Shown: positions 28,626 to 46,225 of the stretch, in pieces
Layout: each line of letters opens with the position of its first letter
How positions within the stretch are numbered: the first letter of the stretch is position 1
NCBI RefSeq assembly: GCF_009914755.1
Contig: NC_060926.1
Length of the DNA stretch: 64,000 bases
Source: the human T2T-CHM13v2.0 reference genome, Homo sapiens
Direction: 5' to 3' (one strand)
Position numbers and translations under genes: made by a program
Notes under the pieces: model-generated
The model's input: only the letters and a program-made list of their open reading frames with translations
Told to the model about the DNA's origin: nothing
Database searches by the model: none

Positions 28626-31367
28626 CTTATGCTGGGTTCCACTTGGCAGCCTACATGGGCTTCATGCATCCAATTCTGACATTAGTTTTGAAGGTGTATT
28701 AAAATATTTTTTAATAATTTTATTTTATGGCTGCTTGAAAATGGGCCTAAATTAACATTCCACCACTGCTCAGTAAAAATATTTGGAGCCCATCCATATA
28801 CAAAAGAAAGTATTTGTTGTTTTTCAAAAACAGTATTTTCTAATTATATTGTACTGTCATAGCTTATTCCAGTAGAGTGGCAGACACAGTGGCAAGCTCT
28901 GCTATCTTAAGTCAGCTCATGGACAACTAAGCTGTAGAGGACTGCCCTAGCATTAACATTGCTCTACCTGATAGCTCAACAAAGTATTTGTTATGCATTC
29001 CTTTAACTATGCAAAGAATCATCTAATCCTTCATGCCTCCACCATATTCTAATTCTAATCTATTCTATCCTCTATCCACCTCCCAATAACTATTCTCCTT
29101 GGGTAGCATGTCATCAAAGAGAGACTCTTTTCATATTGTGGTCCCAGCTTTTATTTCTCTATTTTTCAAGCTGAGCTTGGCAAGTCTATCTGCTAATGTA
29201 CCTACTCCTACATCTGCAATTCTACTGGAATCCACACAGTTAGATTTAATCAGACAACCTCAGTTCTCATCATTTCCTGCTACTTTGAGCATGTTTAGTT
29301 TGCAAGCTACCATATTTCTAGTGATTATTTGGCAAAGGATTTTGCTGGTATCTACTGCACGGTCTCCCTTCCAGTTTGACTTAGTTGATGTATATGAACA
29401 TTTACAAACACAACCAAAAGAAACGAGTTAGAATGGCTTTCTCTTCTTAGTATTGTACTGTACTTAAATTCTTTCTGGTTCAATTTTTTTATTCAAGACA
29501 GACTTTGAAGGGATTAGCCATAATCTAACCCCTTCTTGACTTACATGTAAAACAAACTTGTCCATTATCTATCTCTTAGTGATTTCAGAATTAAAGGTCT
29601 TTGAACCTTATTAACACAGACGATATGTTAGATGGAAAATGCCATTATTCTGTGTGCCATAACAATTTTAAACTCTTTTCAGACATGTGTTTCTGTCTTC
29701 ATTGGCATTTGCCTAGGATGTTTTATATGATTAGAACTTAGTAATGGGGAAAAGCTCAATTAAGCAAATAATTGTTGAGGGATTAAGAGCATTGCACAGC
29801 ACCGTGATCCTCTGGTTTGCCTAAGCTTTCCCAAAGAATCATCTGACAATTTTTCTCATTGAGCTGTGCCAGCATATAGCAAAGTTTGTATTAGCTTGGT
29901 CCAAATGGACTCAGTTAGAAGATAGTATATCTGCAGCAGCAGAGCCACCTCCTAGCCTCCCTCACTCACCATCCTGAGCGATACCCTCCCTGTTGATCTC
30001 ATCCCCGTAAGCCATTCATTTAATGTTTCCTGGGTGGAATCCCATTTCTGCAGCCCACCCCTACCCTAATCCACAAAGTTCACTTGCTTAGTAAGAGGTT
30101 TCCTCCACTGGAACAGGAACTCCAAGCTCAGAGATGGTGCTATCTGTTCCTTTTCCTTCACTGGATTATCAACATGCATCCAATTAGCAAGTCTGACAGT
30201 GGCATTTATATTAATGTTTTCAGAAACAACTCAGATAACATCTTGTGCAGGCTGCAACCCTAGACTTTGTCACCACTGAGAATACATGAACCCAGGATAG
30301 AACCTCCAGGGAAGTAGGGTACTTAAAGTGATCTCAGAGTCCCCCAAATCTCCACACAGGCCATGGATGTATTTCATATGTGCAATATTTTATTTCATTT
30401 TTGTTTTGTGCTACACTCTATTTCTTGATGTGGAAGCAGCAAAAATGCCAAATATCCCTTTAATAGCATTCCAAAGTACCTTTTAATATGACTCAATAGA
30501 GGAAATAATTAAGCATTTGTGTTAAATTGTTTATGGTAAAGATATTAGAAAAACACAAAATAATTTTCTAATGAATTAGAAAAACACAAAAGGTTATATT
30601 CATATCTAATTTTGAATGAAATAGAAAGTGTAAAAGTTACTAGGGATAACACTTAAGTAAAAAGAGAAACATAAGAATCCCACCATCTATAAATGCAGAG
30701 CACTGAAAGATGATAAGCATCATTTGAATGCAACACCAAATAGAATGAAGACAAAGCTTCTGTAAGAAAAAGAAAATTGCTGACTGTAGTAAAAACTCAC
30801 AGTCAATTATCTGCTATGAATCCATGACTAAATACCTGCGGAGAGACAATCATGGCCCAAGACACCATAAGAAAATGTGCACTAGGTGTTATACCCTTAT
30901 GGCCCTGGGAAAGTGAGACGGTGGAGGACAGTGATGAATAAGGCCTCCTGCAGTTGTCAGCAGGGGTGGTGCAGGTTCACTAGGAACTGCCGTTCTATTC
31001 TACACACACTTTGGTTAACATAGATACCAAGAAGCAGAGACTTGCTAGTAATTTTTCAGTGGCTCAGATTCCAGGAATTTCTGTGTTAGAAACAGATATT
31101 TGGTGGTCTGAGAATATTACTGAGCAAAGATACTTTTCCACCATAAGCAGCTTCTGATTGCAAGATAAATTCACCAGAAAATGTCCATAAATTTTCACTA
31201 AACAATAAAGATTTCACAGGAAGCATCATAAAGCCTATTACTTACTTGAATGAGTAATATTGTCATTATGAAAAAAAAACCCAAAAGAACAAACAACTAA
31301 CATTGTCAAAAAAGTAGAATATTTTGCCAAGCAATAAATCATCAAAAAATATACAAAACTTCACTGC

Positions 31368-31600
31368 AGACCAATCTGGGTAACACAGCAAGGCCTTGTC
31401 TCTACAAAAGATAAAAAATAAAAATATTAGCCAGGCATAGTGGTGTGCACCTGTACTCCAAGTTACTCAGGAAGCTGAGGCAGAAAGATTGCTTGAGCCC
31501 AGGGGTTCAAGGTTACAGTGAGCTATGATTGCACTACTGCACTCCAGCCTGGCGTGGAGTAAGAACGTGTCTCTAAGCAAAACAAAATAAAACAAAAAAA
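31368..31600 (+). mobile_element. 5'-truncated AluJ
   Basis: TTGAGCCCAGGGGTTCAAGGTTACAGTGAGCTATGATTGCA (J diagnostics); probable TSD AAACTT[C/T]ACTG. Confidence 0.9.
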
Positions 31601-32732
31601 CCCGACAAACTTTACTGTTTAAAAATTCATTTTAGGTTGACAAAACAATTAGCATTCCTTCTGAAACTGAGATCAACATGTGAAAATGTTGTCTGATTGT
31701 GTAAACCAAGATGACAGGTTGAATATACTATGCATACCTTACAAAATCCTAACAGGGAGAGGGCACATCACACGAAGCTGCTCAGAGTTTGTTTAGCATG
31801 GCCCACCAGCCTCCATTGCAGTCGTAGCTGGGGATTCCTTTTCAAAGAAATTAATGAATGATTTGTTGACATGGTTATCTTCTTCAATATATCTAATTGG
31901 AGATACTTCCTTATAGGTCTAGACATGTAATTATGTCTTCATTGTCTCCTAAAGCCAGTTTTGCTTCAGTCTGTCTAAGATGTTGATGAAATGTCTTCAA
32001 ATCAATAAAGGTGTCCAAAAATAAGAATGGGAAAAATAAAACCTTTTGCACTAGTTAACAAAAACACTTCATCCAACTGCCAATCTCTCACTTAGTGTGC
32101 TTCTACCACAAAGCTTTGCTCATTGTTTCTTTTTCAAGCATTTTTCCCCAAGGTTTGCACGGGCTCTATAATTGTGTTATCTGCAGGCCCATGCAGGACT
32201 CTAGATGAGCTAGCATCAGGCATTTGGGGTTTAGCAAACAAAGTGGACAAGTTTGACATGTCCATCAGCTGAGTGGCAGTGCCCAGTGTGATGGTTTGTC
32301 ATTTTCACACATGTTGCATGTACACAGCATTTAAAGCAGCTGAAGTTCAATCAGAAATGTTGGTACCTGTGCAACCGTAATATCTTAGCAATTCCATAAA
32401 GAAATTCACATGGAATCTCTCAACCTAGCCAGATTTGTGTCAGCTTCCTTAACATGTTCCAGTTGCATGAAATACTAATTAAAGGTACTCATTGTTAACT
32501 GATATAAATAGTCCCCACTTAGCCCATTATAGGTATGGGCTGTAAAACAAACAATTATGTGACAGATGATACATGTTAACATGGAGAAATTCTGTGATGA
32601 CATTTCTGTAACACTGCAACCTCTTCAACCACCATATGTTCCACATTAGGAACTAAAAGGAGTGTTCTGATTATAAAGGTGATGCACCCACACTCAGCTT
32701 CTGACTTTTCTTCTAAGAGTAGAAAAACCTGA

Positions 32733-33243
<511 letters not shown>

Positions 33244-33565
33244 TGGAGTATGTCTTTCTTTAAAAGTCACAGATTTGTCCCTGTGAACCCAGGTTTAAAA
33301 AAGATTTTGACACAGTGGGAATTGAAGTTTAAAATGTTTTATTTCTCCCCAAGAGATAAGTCAACTGCATGTCAAAATAATCAGTGAATACCAGTAATTT
33401 CCTGGCAATCAAATAAACACACAAATTAATTAAATTATACAGTGGCAAACCATCTCCGACTCCTTCGTCTCTTTATCTTATTCACCCCACATAAATTATA
33501 GGTGTATCTTCTGAAACTGGTTAAGGAAAGACTATATGACAATTGATCCTATCAAGAGACACTGG

Positions 33566-33877
<312 letters not shown>

Positions 33878-34264
33878 TTAGTTAAACAGCAACTTTCTTT
33901 GAGCAAAAGATTGTAAACATCCTATTAAATTACAAATTGCTCTTGTACAGATAACAAATAATATCTACTTATGCAACTTCTAGTAATTCTGAAAAAAATG
34001 GCACTTTTAATAATTACTAAATTCATTACTCTGTATTGATTTCGTTCTTTGCCAGGTGCTATGTTAAAAGCTTTATAGGGTTTATCTTGTTTACTGTTTC
34101 AAAGCCCAGAAGATGTGAATTATTATTGCTGCTGTTACTCACATATTATAGACAAAGTAATTGAAACAGAAACTTTCTCAAATATTTGATCAGCTATTAC
34201 AAGAAAGGCTCCGTGATGAGTGTTGGGGTAACAAAGGTAACAAGATAGAATGGATCCCACCCTC

Positions 34265-34586
<322 letters not shown>

Positions 34587-37094
34587 TAGAATTTACAGTA
34601 TGGTGAGGGAGACAGACATATACCATTAGTAATAATCAATGAAATGAAACTGTGCTAAATGCCAAGGGGAAAAAGTCCTGAGATCTTTGAGAACATATAA
34701 AAAGGTGTGTATTCTAGTTTTGTTCATCATAGAGGACTCATCCAAAGAAGTATATTCGAGACCAGAAGTGTAAATGGGATCCTAGCAGGCAAAGTGGTGA
34801 GCAAAGAGCTTCCTAGGCAGAGAAATGATTTCAGTGTTGTGAGAATGAAAAAAGATGGGCATGCACATATTGAGAGAGTAACGAAAGTAGAGTCAGAATC
34901 AAACTTAGGCTACCTGATACTACCTTCTGTGTACTGTCTAGTACCTATTATTGATTCTTTGGCATTTTTATGAGAAAGAGAGGAAAGAAGAGGAGAGACG
35001 AAAAAGGAAGATAGATAAAGGAAGAGAAGGGAAAAAAAAGAGGAAACAAAGGCCCAGAGAGGTTAATCAATTTGCCCAATTCTGACTCTCACACAGAGTC
35101 AAAATTCAAATTTGGCAGTCTCCAAGCTCATATTTATGCTTAAAATGCTATGCTCTGAACCATGATACTAAAAACTAACCACTATGGAAATTCATTAAAA
35201 ATTTTACAGGTGTTTCTATTTCTTAACCACAAAGATGTAATTTTTAAAAATTATATTATGGACATTTTCAAATGCAAACCAAGGTAAAGAGAATTAATAT
35301 GATACACTATTCTATAACCATCATCCAGATGAAACAATTATCAATATTTTTCTAATGAAATAAGTGAGTCTAATGAAGTAACTTTAGTATAAGGGGGAAA
35401 TTACTGACAAGCAGAACAGAATTTTATCAGAAAGAAATAGTGTCTTCTCCCTAGAATTGTCACTTCCAAATACCATATTGAAGTATCACAAATAAATTCC
35501 CTATGTAAACCACAAGAGCATGAATAGGGGCATTCTTTTCCTCCATGAAGTTAGATAAGACAGTACAGTGTTTGGCAGTATCCCTTGAAAGTTAAACTGC
35601 CTTTGACTTCACCCTGTTGTTACATCATTGACATTTAGAAGTTGGTTGGCATAAGCTGACATTCCAGAAAAACCAAATCTGCCTTAGCATATGAATGACA
35701 TGATTTTAAAGAAAGTCTCTTGGGCCCATTTGAACAGGTTTTGGTATTTGGGAAATATATTTTGTCTTAAGGTTGTTTGTAACATAAATATTAGAAAATG
35801 CTGTACGATCTTTTACAATGATAGCAACACACAAATGGTTTTTAAAGATTATAACTATTTATCTTTCTAAATATAAATACACACATCCAATGGTGAGGTC
35901 ATCACATGAATATATCTAATTGCCATGAACTTGACTTTATCCACTTGGAGAAGAGAAAAAAATTGTTTGTGAAATTTCTCCTATCTCCCAGATGACTGCA
36001 TAGCCTTAGGGAGTTCATGATGGAAGCTGTGAATGAGCTCTGCTCTCACATAATTGCAACGTTGCATGCCACTGAAAATATAAGCATCATGTTAAAATTA
36101 CACAACTTGCAAAAAACAACAAAAAAATGAAATACATTCTCAAAAGGAAAGAAAATCAGTTGAGTTTGCCCTGAAATAAACCAGATGTTGGAACTAACAA
36201 ACAAGGATTTTAAAGTCGTTATTATAACTATTTTAAATGAAGCAAAAGAGCATGGTTTCCATGAACAAAAATCTCAGCAGAGAAATAGGAAATTAAAGAA
36301 TATAAATAGAAACAAAAGAGAGGACATTCTAGACCTGAAAAACACAATTTTGGAAATCAAAAAAATCACTAGATGGATTTAACATCTGAAAGGACATGGC
36401 AAAGGAAAGTGCAAGTAAACTTGAAGACAGGGCAATAGAGATTATGCAAGGTGAAGAACAGGGGAAAAAATAAAGAACAGCTTTAGAGACTTCTTAAATA
36501 ATATCAAACAGTGCCATGTAAAATTTGATGAAAGACAGAAATTTACAGAAACAAGATGCTAAATGAACACCAAGAATCATAAACCCAAAGAAGTCCATGT
36601 TGAGGCATATCACTGTCAAACTGTCCAAATTGCTTAAACCAATTGATTTTAATGTACCTCTTTCAGACCCAGACAAATCAATTGGATACAAAATTAGTGA
36701 GAACATAGAAAATGTGACCAATAAAATTAAAAATTTTATCTGATAGGTACATACAGAATCTTGTCCACCAACAAATAAAATTATTTTTATGTATACTTAA
36801 AACGTTTCTAAAGATTAACTATACATTGACCCTAAAGACTCAAAATATCATAAAGACTTGATATCATAATAGATCACATCCTCTAATACAATGCTGTTAA
36901 ATTAGAAATTGAAATTAAAAAGATAATTGAAAAATTATATGTATATTAAAACTAAAAACTAAAAAATACACTCCAAAATAATTATGGGTTTCAGAGGAAA
37001 ATGATATTGCAAATAACAGAATATTTAGAACTAAACAACAGAAAAGCATACCATATTAAAAGCTATATGTGAGTTATAATAAAATTGTGCTTAG

Positions 37095-38422
<1,328 letters not shown>

Positions 38423-38769
38423 AAGAACAGAAAACTCAAGGAAAGTAGAAGTAAAGAAATACTAAAATGAAAAAATTAACAAATGGAAAATTCAATATAA
38501 TAGAAATGATTAACAAGATAAAATGCTTTCATTTTGTAAAGGCTTAAAGACAGCAAATTTCTAACAAAATGGAATTTAAAAAAGAAGAGACAAATAAACA
38601 ATATTATGAACAAAAATATAGACAATTTCTACAGATTCAGGGGAGACACAAATAATCTCATAATAATATTTCTAGGGAATAGCTACATGATCATCTTAAT
38701 GCATGCAGACAAATTGTCTGATAAAGTTTAAGATTCATTCATGTTAAACAGAAAACAAAATTGTTTGTT

Positions 38770-40335
<1,566 letters not shown>

Positions 40336-40730
40336 ATCGCTTTCTTAACTTGACAAATATTAACAATATCCATCCCAAAGCATAGTAAACAGTTAATGTG
40401 TTTGAGTGAAGGGAACTGCATGCAAGGAATCCCACTGACAGTGACACCTTAAAGAGCCACAAAAGCACCCCAAGAAAGAAAAAGTAGACTTCGGAAAAGC
40501 AGGAAAAAGATCAGAATGATCCCATTCACAAGTTCTATTCATCCTTGCTCTGTAAAGTGTAACCAACACAATAAGGCCAGAAAAATATTTACATAAAGAA
40601 TAATAATTGGAATGGGAGAGAGAAAAATGTTAATTTCAGACAATATGATGGTCCATGTTAAAAAGCTAACAGAACTGTAAACTATTACTTTTAATAAGAA
40701 ATATTAACATAGAGAAATAAATTACAGACT

Positions 40731-41161
40731 TTGTTGTGGGCTTAATTGCATCCCACCACCAAAAAATAATAATAATAATAATAATAATAATGATACATTG
40801 AAGCCTTAACCCGGTACTTCAAAAAGTGACTATTCGGAGGCAGAGCCTTTAAAGTTGTGGTTAAATTAAAATTAGGCTGTTAGTGTGAGCCCTAATTCAA
40901 TCTGACTTTTGTCTTCATAAGTCAGAGGAAATTTGGACACAAAAAGAGACCCAGGGATGTCCGTGCACAGAGGAAAGACCATGCAAGGACACAGCAAAAA
41001 GGTAGCCATCCACAAGCTAGGAGAGAGGCCTCAGGAAAAACCAACACTGCCAATACTTTCGTCTTGTGCTTCTAGCTTCCAAACCATGAGAAAATAATTT
41101 TCAGTTGTTTCAGCCCACTTATTCTGTGAAATGTTGTTGGGGAAGTCTTAACAAACTAACA
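40731..41161 (+). mobile_element. MLT1B solo LTR with an (AAT)n expansion
   Basis: GAGGAAATTTGGACACA...GTGCACAGAGGAAAGACCATG...GAGAGAGGCCTCAGGAAAAACCAAC. Confidence 0.85.
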
Positions 41162-41559
41162 GGCTTCTAACTTAGCAGTACCTAATTAAAATGTAACAGA
41201 AAATAAAATATCCATTTAAAGTAGCAATGCAATTACAAAGCACCTACTCAAGGAATAAATCTAACAGTGCATGTTTAAGAAACTTATGAAGAAAATCACG
41301 AAGCTTATTGAAAGAAATAAAGACCTGAATACAAGGACAAATATAGCAAGTTCATTAATGATAATATTATAGATATTTCCATTCTTCCAAAAATTGGCCT
41401 ATACATTTAGTGCAATAATAATCAAATTCAAAACAAAGAGTTTTTTTATGAAAGAGTAAAGAGACAATAATAATAGAAAATGTTGATAACACAAAGGAAG
41501 GCAAATGAGTCACTGTATAACTACAATGTAAAACTTTAATAATTAAACCAGAGTGGCAA

Positions 41560-42240
41560 TTATGAATTTAAGATGCATTATTTTGGCTTACACTATTAAA
41601 TATAAATTTTTTTGTTTTCAGATATTTATCACATTAAGGAAGCAATCTACTACTCTTCAGTTTTGTAAGACATTTAAATACTTTTTATTACAAATAGATT
41701 CTTTGACAAATGCCTTTTGAAAAACATCTCAAGTAATGATCATACAGCTCTTCTTCTTTCACCAAATAACAAAATATATTATCTTGTTTGATTTCTGACG
41801 TTGAAACATCTTTTCATTTCTGGAATAAACTCAACTTGGTGGTAGTATGTAGTTCTTTTAATATGTAGCTGAATTTAATTAGCTAATACTATATTTAGTA
41901 TTTGTGAGTCTTCATTCACAAATAAGGTTGATGTATTTTATATTTTAGCTTTAAAATTTTTCTGGCTTTAAAAATGTATTGGGAAGTTTGAACTTTATGT
42001 TCACCCTTTCAAACAGTTTAGATAGAAAATAGTCTATTCTTAGAGCCTCTCTAGAATTCACTAGGAAAGTTTCTGGACCCATGGCCATTTTCCTTTTGGG
42101 TGGCATAGTTCATTAACAACTTTTTATGTTGATTACAATGCTACTATCTATGCACATTTTCTACTTTTTCTGGAGTTAGTTTTGATAATTTGATTTGCCT
42201 AAAACATTTAGAAATACTTTCAAGAAATTTCACAAGGCGT
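41560..42240 (-). mobile_element. Old L1M ORF2 fragment
   Basis: TTGAAACATCTTTTCATTTCTGGAATAAACTCAACTTGGTGGTAG is collinear with the L1PA at ~12900-13550. Confidence 0.65.
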
Positions 42241-43019
42241 TATATATTTTACTTAAAAATAGAAACAGCTTTATGTATCATGTTCACATAGGGGAGGGAC
42301 AGTTGCCTATTAGGTCATTGGTGACAACCTTAGTCTCTGAGTTTGGCAATAGAGCAAGGTTATAATAGAGAATCTGTTTTTAACTTTTATTAGAAACTTT
42401 TTGTGTGTGTGTGAAGTGAATGGAAAGTGTCATGTACTAAATAAAGTCTGAATACATTTTCTCTGTTTAACAGAGGAGGATACTGATCCTTTCTCTAAAA
42501 GGGCTCACATTCTGTTTACAAGCTTCTTATATAATAAAGAATACAATGCACAAAGATACCAAACCACTGAGTAGTGCATATTGTAAGGCAGAGAGTGCCT
42601 GAGCAAGGATTTATTTCTTCACCATCTCTCTCTCCACCATTAAAGCATAAAGGCCACATCGGAGCACTCAGTCTTCTGGCTAATTCTGGTACATTCCACT
42701 CTCTTCAGGAGGCTCCAGTTAATTTCCATCTCTCTGCACACCTGTGACCCCCTTCTTTCCCCCACCAACTCCAGCCTGCCATCCACATTAGAAATGTATG
42801 GGTTTCAAATTCCTAGGTCTAGATCCCCAAAGAGAATTCTGTTTCTGCTCATGAAGAACAGCTGAAGCTGCTGCCAGATTTAAATTAATGTGGGGCCTCT
42901 GGCTTGGGTGCAGACACACTTGGGTCAATGTGTGTCTTGGGTCAATGTGTTAGGACACTGCAGCTAAGAACCTAGGCTTCTTCGGGGGTTGGCATTTTGG
43001 GGCCAATATCTAAATGCAG

Positions 43020-43322
43020 TTCCTTTCTCTTTCTTTCTTTCTTTCTTTTCTTCTTTCTCTCTTTCTCCCTTTCTTTCTGTTTCTTTTCTTTTCCTTCCTT
43101 CCTTCCTCTTTCTTTCTTTCTTTTTTCTTTCTTTCTCTTTCCTTTCCTTTCCCTCCCTCCGTCCTTTCCTTCCTTCCCCTCCCTCCCTTCCTTCCTTCTC
43201 CTTCCTTCCTTCCTTCTCCTTCCTTCCCCCCTTCTCCTTCCTTCCCCTTCCTTCCTTCCTTCTTCTTTCTCTCTTTCTTTTGGTTCTCTTTCTTTCTTTC
43301 CTCTTTCTACTTTGCTCTCTCT
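43020..43322. repeat. Compound polypyrimidine microsatellite (TTTC/TTCC/TC)n
   Basis: About 300 nt of C/T with only a few purines. Confidence 0.95.
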
Positions 43323-45015
43323 ATGTTTCTTCTGAAAACAATTCCAGATCATTTAATGCAGAAAATGTCCCCGAGAGAGAAGAGAAAGAGTTGGTAAATA
43401 TAGAGATAGCATGTGTAAGGGGAGAAATTATGTGCATAAAAATTATTATAAAAATTATTATTTTGCCTTTGAATGAACAAATGTTTTGCAAATTTTTATA
43501 GCTTTTAAGTTTAAGAACAGAACAAAGAAAAGGATACCTTCGAAGGCCATGGGAAAAGTTCAAAAGCAGAGTTGCTAGGAAACAGCAGTTTTAGGAGGAA
43601 AGAGGGCCATCTGTATGTCAGCAGTGCCCTCTGGAAGTCCTGGGAGGGGCTGGGGGAAGGTGGCATCCTGAGGCAGTTTACTTTGTGGTGGATCTAAATA
43701 CATTGAAGAGAGGACCCTAGCAGCCATGCTTCATTGCACAGCCTTCGGGGGCCCTGAAGTCCACTGGCTGATGGCCACTAGGAGGTGAAAGGCCAGGGAA
43801 CAACTGTGACTGCTCTGTTCCTTATCTGGTGTTATTGGGTATTACAGCAACTTAATTTTTGGAAACAGCCCCAAAGTAAAAAAGGCTTTGCCCATGGGAC
43901 CCTTATTTCTGCCTTGAATCCAAATAGAAGTCAGACAGAAAGTTGATCCCTGGCCATCTAGGTGGATGCAGCCAAGATTGGATGGACCCCAGTGTGAGCC
44001 TTGAGAGGTTAGTATATAAAGGTAGACATGGGCAGCCCCCCATGCCTGGGAGAGAAACATGTCCCCACCCTTCCCTGCTGACAGAAAGAAAGAAAAGCAA
44101 CTTGCTATGTCAAGAAACTTGTTGACTAGCTTTTTAAAAAAAGCCAACTGGCTATGTCTTCTCAATTGTCCATCTGTGAGGAATGGGGAAAAAAAGGCCA
44201 GAACTAGCATTGCCAGAGAGTTCTGTGGGATTACAGAGACTTCTACTCTTGCTTTCCCTTTGTTATGGAGATTCCAATGGAGAATTCACTATCACATGCC
44301 AGATCTTCACCTGGGAGAGCTACGGAAGTGGAATGCAGAAGGAAAACAGAACATCGATAAGGTGGTAGATGTAAGGTGTCTGATAGGAAGGGCCACTGGA
44401 CTCTGCTTTTGAAATCTGTAAAGCAGAGTTAACTAAGCCTTTTGTTAAGAACTGCCTGCCATGGGGACAGAAAGGATTCTTAGATGTTATCTGGATTAAA
44501 AAAAAAAAAGTCCAGTGAGGCGAGGAACTGGCCCCACATCACACAGGAAGTCAGTGGTACAGAAGAGAACAAAGTCAGGTCCTCTTACTCGTGATGTTTG
44601 GTCCTCCAATTTCATCATACAGTCTAGTTTATCAATATCCAGACATTTACTGAGCCCCCTTTACATGCCCAGTACTGTTGCTGGTGTGGGGAACGTGCTG
44701 TTGGGGAATGCTGGAATATAATAATATCCCACACTTTTATTATCCTTTACAACTTACAAAGCACTTAATATACACTGCTTATTTAAATTTTGGTCCTCAA
44801 ATAAATCAGAAATAAGTGTCATTAGTACATAAGTGAAAAAAGTAAACATTTAAAGAGGTTTAGTGATTTGTTCAAGGGGATATGGGAAGGGGCAATGACT
44901 CAAACCCAGACAGCAGACCTCAAAAATTTTCAATATAGCTAGAGAGATAAACATGGAAAACAATTGGTAAATTATAACATTATAGCATTGTATGTTATTT
45001 TAATTCATTCTTGCA

Positions 45016-45290
45016 TTATTTAATGAGTTCCATTCATTTGAGATGTTTATGATGTTTGTGAGTGGACATGTCCAATAGATAGCTGAATCTGGGCAGAAGG
45101 GATAAATGATTTGGGACTGACTGTGTGCAGATGGCAACAGAAATCACAAGTGTGAAAGTGTCTTTTACTAATTGTCACCATTTTATCAACACTATCGAAG
45201 AACAAAGAAGAAGTAATGGAATTCTTGCAATTAGGAGAGCTGCACATGTAGGCTACTTATTAAGAGTTATCATTCAAGAAACAAAATTAT
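45016..45290 (+). repeat. Inverted duplication, copy 1 (probable donor; includes an L2-like piece)
   Basis: Its reverse complement aligns ungapped to 48415-48689 with about 16 mismatches in 275 nt (hand count). Confidence 0.95.
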
Positions 45291-45291
45291 A

Positions 45292-46225
45292 CTGAACAGT
45301 TGGCTTTTCTGCAAGGTCTCTCCACTCTGGCTAGTTGGAACACGAAATTCTCCCAGACATATGTGAGCTGTGGGAATTATTCAACCCACAAATCTCTGGT
45401 AGTTGTTCTTTCCTTGCCCTCATGGCATCTTGCTTTACCTATGCAGCGCAATATTTAGGAAAAATATTACAGTAACCACTCCCTGCATAGATGCTATGGC
45501 TGAAAAATAATATGGAATATGGAGTAGGTTTTATTCCCCTAAAATTCATATGTTGACATTCTAAACACCCAGTAATGGAATTAAGGGGTAGGGCCTTTCA
45601 GAGATGATTGGGGCTCTGCTCTCATGAATGGGATTAGTGCCCTTATGAAAAAGGCCCCAGAGAGCCATCCCCACCCCTTCCAGCCTGTGAAGACAGAGCA
45701 AGAAGGTGTCAGCTACAAACTGGAAAGCAGGTCCTTACCAAATGCCATATCTGCTGGAGACTTGATCTTGGACTTCCCAGCCTCCAGAACTGTGGAAAAT
45801 ACATTTCTGCTATCCATAAGCTATTCAGTTTGTGGAATTTTGTTATAGCAGCCTAAATGGACTAAAACAGCAGATTTCGGCAATTCTTCCCATTTGTGGT
45901 TTCCTTCCCCATAGTATTCTGTTCATCAGAGTTCAGCTGTGTCAGCTTTCCGTCCTCCAATCTCTCAGTGCAGCAAAACCCCCATGCTCTGCTTAGGTCC
46001 CACTCCTCTCTGTCCTGTGCTTCAGGACAGAAAATGCCCAGGGAGGAAGCCGGAAGGCTCATTAGTTTCATTTCATGGCTCTCCTTTTACTTAGGGAACA
46101 CAATACTGTACAGCAGAATGCCCAATCTCCAGAAAGTTATTTCACATATTTACCCAGTTTTCTAGCTGTTCATGGTTTGTGGAAAAGTTCACTACCAGTT
46201 AAGCTTCCAACATGGCTGGAGGCTT
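45292..46225 (-). mobile_element. L1M 5'-region fragment interrupted by MLT1A
   Basis: TCCACTCTGGCTAGTTGGAACACGAA...TGTGAGCTGTGGGAATT...TTTTCTAGCTGTT...CATGGCTGGAGGC. Confidence 0.6.
45492..45869 (+). mobile_element. MLT1A/MLT1A0 solo LTR
   Basis: TGCTATGG...AAAATTCATATGTTGA...CTCATGAATGGGATTAGTGCCCTTAT...TTATAGCAGCCTAAATGGACTAAAACA. Confidence 0.85.

Noticed and set aside
41560-42240. Minus-strand L1 piece as an internal inversion (twin priming) of the adjacent plus-strand L1M
   Set aside because: It overlaps ORF2 coordinates already present in the plus-strand copy (~38690-38750 and ~40490), so a separate insertion is more likely.
42972-43501. Four overlapping ORFs of 112-170 aa (K/E/R-rich or F/L/S-rich)
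   Set aside because: They are translations of the purine/pyrimidine microsatellite, which has no stop codons.
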